From assembly GCA_035627595.1 (NCBI GenBank), contig DASPLK010000001.1, forward strand, positions 5,619 to 69,618: a stretch of 64,000 nt of DNA, written 5' to 3'. Shown piece by piece: positions 56,987 to 64,000 of the stretch. The position numbers and the translations under genes were made by a program. Below the pieces are notes generated by a model. The model was not told where the DNA came from. It worked only from the letters and a program-made list of their open reading frames with translations, and did not search any database. The first letter of the stretch is position 1; the number at the start of each line of letters is the position of its first letter. This DNA comes from Minisyncoccota bacterium. GTDB taxonomy: Bacteria; Patescibacteriota; Minisyncoccia; Phycocordibacterales; Phycocordibacteraceae.

Positions 56987-57187
56987 TTAGACCCTCTTTA
57001 CGTTGGTCGCGTTCGGTCCCTTCGGGCCCTCACCGACTTCAAACGTAACAGAGTCGCCCTGGCGGAGGTCATCGAATCGTACATCAACGAGCTCGTTGGA
57101 ATGGAAGAAGAGATCCTTCCCCATACCCTCGACCTTGATGAATCCGAAGCCCTTGTCCGTAAGGCCGGCAATGGTTCCTGTCTGCAT
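56987..57187 (-). CDS. cspA: cold shock protein
   Basis: KGFGFI, LFFH, GPKGPNATNV. Confidence 0.95.
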   Translation of the reverse strand: MQTGTIAGLTDKGFGFIKVEGMGKDLFFHSNELVDVRFDDLRQGDSVTFEVGEGPKGPNATNVKRV

Positions 57188-57333
57188 ACTGGTTGCTTTT
57201 CATACACCTGATAACTATCAAGTGCAGGAGGCTGAGAACGAGGAGTCGACGTCTACTTATTAACCAGCTCTGCGATTGATAGGATAACTATACCATACAT
57301 TATAGATAAAGGGTACTTTTCCCTTCATACAGC

Positions 57334-57984
57334 CTACTTAAGCGAAAGCGCCCAGCGTTCAAGCGATTCTCCTAACGGCAGCCCGCTCTTCCTTGAGTCC
57401 GAAAGAAGCTCGATCAGTTCGCGTGAAAGGACGCGCGCTTCCTGCGTTGACCACCCCCTTCCGCCCTTCTGCATCATGTCGCGGGCTTTCCAGTGAAGGA
57501 GTCCGTGCACCATCTCCGGGGCATCACCCATCCGGTACGACTTCTGTATCTCTTTCCAAAGCATCTTTCCGTCACGAGCGGCAAGCGCGTTCACCAAGGC
57601 ACTATTGAATCCTCGCTCCGCCTTCTTTGGCGCATCAAATGAAAATACTTTTGCTGCTGCTGCCTCAACCTTCTTTGTGCGTGCGGCAAGGAGCTTTGGT
57701 GCGAGTATCGCAATCGCGTTCTCACTCTCCTGAAGCTGAGGCAGCGCTTTAAGCACAAGCTCTGCGGTCTCCGCGCGCGCAAACGGATCATCGAGAAGTA
57801 CGAGTGATTTTAGAAAGAAGAGTCCTTGGGTACCTGCCGACTCATCAAGCGTAGCTGTAGTTATCTCGTCCGCGTTTAATCTGACGTATGCAACGTCTGG
57901 TGCCTTGGCGCGGGCTGCCGCTACCCACTGGAACGCTTTCTGGCGCGCCTTCTCTACATCTGTTCCGGTGAAAAGGTAGATCAT
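57334..57984 (-). CDS. holA: DNA polymerase III delta-like protein (shortened HolA)
   Basis: MIYLFTGTD, QGLF...LVLLD; only 216 aa. Confidence 0.65.
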   Translation of the reverse strand: MIYLFTGTDVEKARQKAFQWVAAARAKAPDVAYVRLNADEITTATLDESAGTQGLFFLKSLVLLDDPFARAETAELVLKALPQLQESENAIAILAPKLLAARTKKVEAAAAKVFSFDAPKKAERGFNSALVNALAARDGKMLWKEIQKSYRMGDAPEMVHGLLHWKARDMMQKGGRGWSTQEARVLSRELIELLSDSRKSGLPLGESLERWALSLK

Positions 57985-60338
57985 AGCGGCTCCATCGCTC
58001 CCCAGCTCTTCCCAGCTTTGGCTTCTGCAATTATCGGGACACCCTTCGTTTCTTCTGCAGTGAGCATTGATTCCATGATACGTTTTATTTCCGACACGAG
58101 CGAAGCAACTTTGGCATCTGGTATCTCGTACACAAGCTCGTCATGCACTTGGAGCATGAGACGAGCTTCCCCATCCACCGTCTTGTCGATCTCCACCATC
58201 GCGAGCTTAATAACATCCGCCTGTGTTCCTTGGATAGGCGCATTGATTGCCATGCGCTCAGCCTGCGCTCTAACGTATGGCAGAGGCGACCTCATCTCTG
58301 GGAACTGACGCCGCCTCCCGAATAGGGTCTCGGTATACCCATTCTTCCTCGCGAATCCCTTCGTCTCCTCCAAATGCTCGGAAAGCGTCTTAAACGTTTC
58401 AAAATAATCTTCATAGAAGCGGTGTGCTTCAGCGGTTGTGGTGCCGAGCTGCGTACGGAGCGCATTCACACCCATACCGTAAAGGATGCCGAAGTTGATG
58501 ATCTTCGCCCTTCGGCGCATCTCCCTGTCGACCTTATCGCTTGAAACACCAAAGACGGCCGCAGCTACTTCTTGATGCACATCGCGGCCTGATTTAAAGA
58601 TATCGATAAGCTTTTCATCGCCTGAAAGTATCGCCGCGATCCTGAGCTCAATTTGAGAGTAATCAAGTGCGACTAGCGTCGTGCCCTTAGGTGCGATGAA
58701 TGCATTTCTAATTAGCCTTCCCCGTTCGGTACGGATCGGAATGTTCTGAAGGTTCGGGTTAAGGCTCGCCATACGACCGGTCGTGGTGCCGGTCTGGATG
58801 AACTGGGTATGCAGGCGCCCGTCCTCGCCGAGCATTGGCGGAATACTCTCGACGTAGGTCGAGAGTAGCTTCTGTATCTGCCGATACTCGAGGATGTCAT
58901 CCACGATCGGGTGAAGTTCTCGTATCTTCTCAAGTTCCGATTCTTTAGTTGAACGCTGTCCGGTCGAGGTTTTCTTCTGACCTTTGGGTTTTAACTGCAT
59001 CTCATCAAAGAGGACATCACCCAACTGCTTTGGAGAGCTTATATTGAACTCGTGCCCTGCAGCTTCGTATATGCGCTTCTCGATTGCGGTAAGCTCCGCG
59101 CGATACCGTGCGCGCAATTCCTCAAGCATGAGTGTATCTATGAGGACGCCGCACTTCTCAGCCTTACGGAGCACGGGGATGAGCGGCTTCTCGATACGGT
59201 CGTAAACATTCTGTACGCTCGGTATCTCGGCGAGTTTTTGTTCTAGTTCAGCATACGCTTCAGCGAATGTGTGCTTCTTTGTAAACGCGAGCACGTCCTC
59301 AAGGGAGGGGTTGGTGAAATCCGATACGAGAAGCCAGAGCATCGTCTTCGCTTCCTCAAGGCGATCAGGGTCTACCTCTTCTTTTGGTCCCTCTTCTTCC
59401 TCCGGCTCCTCCCCTTCAATTGCGAACAGAACACTCTTCACACGCCCACGAAGCGACCGGAATCCAAGCTCATCAAATAGCGCAAGAATCTTCGGCAAGG
59501 ATATGTTGTCGTTGCGCTCGGTGTCTTTGAGCGAGAATGCGATTGGCGCATCTGTACGTATGGTCGCGAGCATCTTCGAGAACTGCGCATCCTCCTCATG
59601 CTCCTTGAGGAGATTCATGATGCGCGGTTTAACACCCTTTTTTTGAAACGCTTCCTCGTCCTTGTGGAGCGCTTTATATATATCTTCGATTGCACCGAAT
59701 GTTGTGATGAGCTCGGTTGCAGTCTTCTCTCCTATGCCCGGCACGCCGATGATGTTGTCGGAGGGGTCGCCGCGTAGCCCTTTGTAATCAGGAATGAGCA
59801 CAGGGTCGAAATTAAAACGCTCGCGAACGGCCTTCTCGTCATACATGATCGTGTCGTTGATTCCCTTCTTAAGGGTGTACACCTTTACGCGTTCTCCATC
59901 GACCAACTGGAGCGTGTCCATATCACCGGAGGCGATAACAACCTCGATATCTTTTTCTCCTGCCAGCTCATAGGCGATGGTGCCGAGGATATCGTCGGCC
60001 TCGAACCCTTCACGCTCATATATAGGTATGCAAAAAGCCTGGAATACTTTCCTCGATGTCGTTATCTGTGCAGATAGCGCGTCGTCCGACTTCTGGCGCG
60101 TTGCTTTGTATCCCTCGTACGCTTCGTGGCGCACGGTTGGTTTTGGAAGATCGTAGCAGGCAGCAATGTAGTCAGGCGATAGCTCCTGCATGATCTTGAG
60201 AATCATCGCGGAGAGCCCGTACAGCGCGCCCGTTGGCTGACCATCGGGACCTTGGAAGTCCGGTAGTGCGTGATACGCACGGTGAATGATCGCATGCGCA
60301 TCAAGCAGAACGAGTCGCTTTTTCTTTGCTTTAGCCAT
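57981..60338 (-). CDS. polA: DNA polymerase I (5'-3' exonuclease plus polymerase, 3'-5' exonuclease region largely deleted)
   Basis: EADD, GDPSDNIIGVPGIGEKTA, DYSQIELR, AKIINFGILYG, QVHDEL. Confidence 0.97.
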   Translation of the reverse strand: MAKAKKKRLVLLDAHAIIHRAYHALPDFQGPDGQPTGALYGLSAMILKIMQELSPDYIAACYDLPKPTVRHEAYEGYKATRQKSDDALSAQITTSRKVFQAFCIPIYEREGFEADDILGTIAYELAGEKDIEVVIASGDMDTLQLVDGERVKVYTLKKGINDTIMYDEKAVRERFNFDPVLIPDYKGLRGDPSDNIIGVPGIGEKTATELITTFGAIEDIYKALHKDEEAFQKKGVKPRIMNLLKEHEEDAQFSKMLATIRTDAPIAFSLKDTERNDNISLPKILALFDELGFRSLRGRVKSVLFAIEGEEPEEEEGPKEEVDPDRLEEAKTMLWLLVSDFTNPSLEDVLAFTKKHTFAEAYAELEQKLAEIPSVQNVYDRIEKPLIPVLRKAEKCGVLIDTLMLEELRARYRAELTAIEKRIYEAAGHEFNISSPKQLGDVLFDEMQLKPKGQKKTSTGQRSTKESELEKIRELHPIVDDILEYRQIQKLLSTYVESIPPMLGEDGRLHTQFIQTGTTTGRMASLNPNLQNIPIRTERGRLIRNAFIAPKGTTLVALDYSQIELRIAAILSGDEKLIDIFKSGRDVHQEVAAAVFGVSSDKVDREMRRRAKIINFGILYGMGVNALRTQLGTTTAEAHRFYEDYFETFKTLSEHLEETKGFARKNGYTETLFGRRRQFPEMRSPLPYVRAQAERMAINAPIQGTQADVIKLAMVEIDKTVDGEARLMLQVHDELVYEIPDAKVASLVSEIKRIMESMLTAEETKGVPIIAEAKAGKSWGAMEPL

Positions 60339-60768
60339 AGATAAGTTTTCGTGAGTTTTCGGAAAGGACTTCGAGCCGCAGTTTATAATCCGCTTCTGGA
60401 AGCCCGTCAGCTACCTGCTCTGGCCACTCTAAAAGGACGAGGTTGTCCTTGTCGTGAAGCACTTCATCAAATCCTAGTGGCGCGAGCTCCTTTCCGCCTT
60501 GAAGGCGGTACGCGTCGATATGTACAAGCCGCTTAAAGGAAGCCTCCTTGGGTAGCTGATAAACCTTCATGAGAACGAATGTCGGGCTCGTCACCGCTCC
60601 ATCGACCCCGAGCGCTTTCGCCACATTCTGAGTGAAAGTGGTCTTACCAGCCCCAAGCTCCCCAGAAAGCGTCACGAGCGTAGCGCCTGCATCTTTAGGG
60701 GCAAGGACTTGGGTAAACCCGGCGGCGGCGGCTTCGACCTCAGTAAGGGAGTGGAGTTCTTTTTCCAT
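60331..60768 (-). CDS. tsaE: t6A biosynthesis ATPase TsaE
   Basis: GELGAGKTT, VTSPTF, HIDAYRL, EWPE. Confidence 0.96.
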   Translation of the reverse strand: MEKELHSLTEVEAAAAGFTQVLAPKDAGATLVTLSGELGAGKTTFTQNVAKALGVDGAVTSPTFVLMKVYQLPKEASFKRLVHIDAYRLQGGKELAPLGFDEVLHDKDNLVLLEWPEQVADGLPEADYKLRLEVLSENSRKLIYG

Positions 60769-60834
60769 GCTCCTATTGTACCAATTCGCGCTTCCTGCGT
60801 AGCCCTAGCATCTGGAGCGCGTTATCATGGCGAT

Positions 60835-62505
60835 ATGCCCGTACATTTCGATACTGAAGCGGAAGATGAGAAGCTGGCGGCTGTGCATGCCGCTGAGGAG
60901 GAGGACCTTGCGCGCGTCATCTCCGAGAAGTACCGCCTTCCCTACATCGACATATCCCTCTACCCTGTGAACATGGACGCGCTCAGGCTCCTTCCTGAGG
61001 AGGACGCGCGTAAGGCGGAAGCGCTCATATTTGATAAGAACGGCAAGCATGTCCTTATTGCGCTTCGTTCTCCAGAAAATGAGCACTTAAACCGAATCCT
61101 CCATGATTTAGAAGTGCGCGGATATATTATCGAGCGCCACATGGCGAGCGCAAGCGGTCTTGCAAAAGTATTCGAGCGTTACAAAGATCTCTCTCTCGCG
61201 GCTGAAAGCAAACGAGGTGTGTTTGATATCGCAGGCGAAGAACTCACGGAACTCACCAAAAGACTCGACTCCCTACCCGCACTCCGCATGTTCCTCACGG
61301 ATGCGGTTAATCCTGCAAAGCGCGCACAGACCTCGAGACTTCTTGAAGGCGTTATCGCCGCAGCACTCGCCATGAAGGCCTCCGACATACACGTTGAGCC
61401 GGAAGCGGAGACTATCCGCCTACGTTTCCGCCTCGATGGTATGCTGACCGACATCTTCTATTTCGATGCGCACGCATACAAACTCCTCAATTCCCGCCTG
61501 AAGCTTCTGTCTGGGGTGAAGCTGAACGTCGCAAACCGGGCACAGGACGGCCGCTTCTCTATTGTTGTGAATGACAAGGAGATCGAAGTGCGTACATCGC
61601 TCATCCCCGGCAACTACGGCGAGAGTATTGTAATGCGCCTTCTCGATCCCTCAGGCATTGAACGGAGCTTCAAGGACATGGGTATAAATGAAAAGCTCTA
61701 CAACCGGCTCGCGATTGAGATCAGACGTCCCAACGGCATGTTGCTGACGACTGGTCCGACCGGCTCAGGAAAGACGACTTCTCTATATGCGTTCCTTAAA
61801 GATATTCATACGCCGGATGTAAAGATAATCACCATTGAGGATCCGATCGAGTACCACCTCCCGGGAATAGTGCAGACGCAGGCAGATGGCCGCGACTACA
61901 CATTCGCCTCAGGTCTCCGCTCTATCCTCCGCCAGGACCCAGACGTCATCATGGTTGGTGAAATCCGTGATATGGAAGTCGCCGAAACCGCCATCCAAGC
62001 GGCACTTACCGGACACTTCGTGTTCTCTACCCTGCACACCAATAACGCAGCCGGCGCGTTTCCGCGCCTCATGGACCTTGGTGTTGATCCAAAAACTATC
62101 CCGTCTGCAGTTACGGTCGCATTAGGACAAAGACTTGTGCGCACACTGAATCAGAAAACGAAGGTGAGGCGCGCTACGACGGATGAGGAACGGCGTACCA
62201 TGGAGCGCATCTTCTCAACCCTTACTGACTCCTCTCTCATGCCCGCGTCTTTCGATGAGGTATGGGACGCAGCGCCGGGCGAGGATGATACTGGATACAA
62301 GGGACGCACGGGCGTACACGAAGCAATATTCATGGATCAGCAGCTCGCCGATCTCCTACGGATGGGCCCGTCTGCAGCGGAGATTGAAAAAGAGACACGA
62401 CGCCAAGGCTACCTCACCATGGCCCAAGACGGCATCATCAAGGCGCTAAGAGGTGAAACCTCGCTAGACGAAGTTTTCAAGGTTGTTGATGTGCCGCGAG
62501 AATAA
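60835..62505 (+). CDS. pilB: GspE/PilB family pilus assembly ATPase
   Basis: ASDIHVEP, QDGRF, TGPTGSGKTT, LRQDPDVIMVGEIRD, LTGH.V.STLHTN. Confidence 0.93.
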   Translation: MPVHFDTEAEDEKLAAVHAAEEEDLARVISEKYRLPYIDISLYPVNMDALRLLPEEDARKAEALIFDKNGKHVLIALRSPENEHLNRILHDLEVRGYIIERHMASASGLAKVFERYKDLSLAAESKRGVFDIAGEELTELTKRLDSLPALRMFLTDAVNPAKRAQTSRLLEGVIAAALAMKASDIHVEPEAETIRLRFRLDGMLTDIFYFDAHAYKLLNSRLKLLSGVKLNVANRAQDGRFSIVVNDKEIEVRTSLIPGNYGESIVMRLLDPSGIERSFKDMGINEKLYNRLAIEIRRPNGMLLTTGPTGSGKTTSLYAFLKDIHTPDVKIITIEDPIEYHLPGIVQTQADGRDYTFASGLRSILRQDPDVIMVGEIRDMEVAETAIQAALTGHFVFSTLHTNNAAGAFPRLMDLGVDPKTIPSAVTVALGQRLVRTLNQKTKVRRATTDEERRTMERIFSTLTDSSLMPASFDEVWDAAPGEDDTGYKGRTGVHEAIFMDQQLADLLRMGPSAAEIEKETRRQGYLTMAQDGIIKALRGETSLDEVFKVVDVPRE

Positions 62506-62539
62506 GCAAAAGCCCCGGAATAATCCGGGGCTTTTGCTT
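62504..62539. terminator. bidirectional terminator
   Basis: AAGCAAAAGCCCCGGA-ATAA-TCCGGGGCTTTTGCTT. Confidence 0.85.
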
Positions 62540-62540
62540 C

Positions 62541-62701
62541 CATCCTGCACACAACCCTCCAGGCAGTCCGTCCAAAAGAGGACGGGTGAACAAATCGCCT
62601 GAGGAGTATCCCAGTGCTCCACGTACAAGCGTGGTACCAGAAGGTCCTTGGGGAAGTGCCCGAAGCCGTCAAGCCTTGCCTAGAGGGTTCTATGTAGGAT
62701 G
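62541..62701. ncRNA. unidentified ~160-nt rod-like RNA (6S RNA candidate)
   Basis: Long closing stem CATCCTGCA/TGTAGGATG and AACCCTCCAGGCA/TGCCTAGAGGGTT, with internal hairpins CCGTCC/GGACGG and CCACG/CGTGG. Confidence 0.55.
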
Positions 62702-62779
62702 TAAATGAAAAAGGGCCTCTCAGAAGGTCCCCACGAGGCCGTCCCTCATGTGCTAGAATAGTAGCACCACCCCCATTTT

Positions 62780-63760
62780 ATGTCAAGTACTTCTGAGGTT
62801 GTCAAAGACAAGGACCGTCAGCTTGATGCGACGCTACGGCCGCATACCTGGGAGGATTACGTGGGCCAAGGGCACGTAAAAGCGAACGTTCAGATTGTCC
62901 TCCAGGCCGCTAAAAAGCGTGGAGACATGCCGGAGCATCTCCTCTTCTACGGTCCTCCGGGCGTCGGTAAGACGACCTTGGCGCACCTCGTAGCTGCATC
63001 CTTGGATGCACCCCTTAAGACCACTTCCGGAGTCGCGATTGAACGTGCAGGAGACCTCGCGGCCATCCTCACAAACCTTGAGCCGGGGTCGGTGCTCTTC
63101 ATCGACGAGATACACCAGCTCTCTTCGAAGATCGAGGAGCTCCTCTACCCCGCCCTTGAGAACGGCACGCTCGATATTGTGCTCGGAAAGGGTCCGTCAG
63201 CACGCACAGTGGAGCTTGCGCTTCCTCCTTTTACGCTCGTTGGCGCAACGACGCGCGTATCTCAACTATCCGCACCGCTTCGCTCTCGTTTCGGCGGCGG
63301 CGTATACCAGCTCGATTTCTATTCGGACGGTGACCTTCGCGCGATCATCGCGCGCTCAGCCGATGTGCTTGGACTTGATGCGCCGGGCGATGTTGTAGAG
63401 CGTATCGCGGCAAGAAGCCGTGCGACACCGCGCGTCGCGAACGCGCTTTTGAAGCGCGTTCGCGACTTCTCGGAAGTGCATGAGCGTCCGCTCTCCCCTG
63501 CTGTGTGTGATGAGGCATGCAAACTGTTTGGCATCGACACACTCGGTCTCACAAAAGACGACCGCCGATATCTCGAAACGCTTCGTGACGGGTTTAAAGG
63601 TGGGCCAGCAGGTATCCGCGCAATCGCGTCAGCACTCCATGAAGACCCGGATACGGTAGAAAATATATACGAACCATATCTGTTGCGACTCGGATTTATT
63701 GAGCGGACGAGCCGAGGTCGTGTGCTGACGCAGAAAGGAAGGGAGTATCTTCTAAATTAG
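62780..63760 (+). CDS. ruvB: Holliday junction branch migration helicase RuvB
   Basis: LRP...DYVGQ, GPPGVGKTT, FIDEIH, PLRSRFG, EPYL..LGFIERTSRGR. Confidence 0.98.
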   Translation: MSSTSEVVKDKDRQLDATLRPHTWEDYVGQGHVKANVQIVLQAAKKRGDMPEHLLFYGPPGVGKTTLAHLVAASLDAPLKTTSGVAIERAGDLAAILTNLEPGSVLFIDEIHQLSSKIEELLYPALENGTLDIVLGKGPSARTVELALPPFTLVGATTRVSQLSAPLRSRFGGGVYQLDFYSDGDLRAIIARSADVLGLDAPGDVVERIAARSRATPRVANALLKRVRDFSEVHERPLSPAVCDEACKLFGIDTLGLTKDDRRYLETLRDGFKGGPAGIRAIASALHEDPDTVENIYEPYLLRLGFIERTSRGRVLTQKGREYLLN

Positions 63761-63797
63761 TATGGCGCCCGGCATCCTCGTCTTCAGGTGGATATCG

Positions 63798-63998
63798 ATG
63801 CCTAACCCTGAACCAGCGCATGCGAAACTGCTCGCGTTTGGAGAGGGTAAAGATATCGGTACGGTGTACCTCGGTAACGCGACATACCATGCGCACCTGG
63901 CACAAGAGATACGAGATGAAGTCGGTAGCGCCCCTCTCTTTGCGGCAGCTGACGTGGATGAGTATGGAATGGTAACTTCCTGGAAGTCCTCAGGGTTC
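63798..63998 (+). CDS. hypothetical protein (runs off the window end)
   Basis: Open frame MPNPEPAHAKLLAFG... after an AGGTGG SD-like site; in-frame alternative ATG at 63762. Confidence 0.45.
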   Translation, partial: MPNPEPAHAKLLAFGEGKDIGTVYLGNATYHAHLAQEIRDEVGSAPLFAAADVDEYGMVTSWKSSGF

Positions 63999-64000
63999 TC

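Overview
The window is a compact, mostly housekeeping chromosome segment whose gene content looks like a Patescibacteria/CPR genome (inferred Parcubacteria). The inference rests on rplK without a following rplA, tRNAs lacking encoded CCA, tRNA-Arg(GCG), type IV pilus genes, an alpha2-type GlyRS and mostly SD-less short-leader genes. It carries ftsK, recA, efp, rpsF-ssb-rpsR, four tRNA synthetases, a complete dTMP/folate cluster, secE-nusG-rplK, a Zur/ZIP locus, pilMNO and pilB, ruvA/B/X, murE, polA and nine tRNAs. No CRISPR array, transposase, integrase or rRNA was seen. The strongest leads are: (1) a cobalamin riboswitch with attenuator controlling transcobalamin-like surface proteins, next to a lone ECF S-component; (2) a winged-helix gene divergent from ftsK whose promoter and coding sequence carry phased AAGGACA repeats; (3) a shared GTAAS-N16-CGKY promoter motif defining a putative ECF sigma regulon; (4) three unexplained structured RNAs, one being a boxB/boxA-bearing leader of the major surface protein; (5) an IleRS with an inserted histidine phosphatase domain. 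All calls were made by eye from sequence motifs, with no database search.
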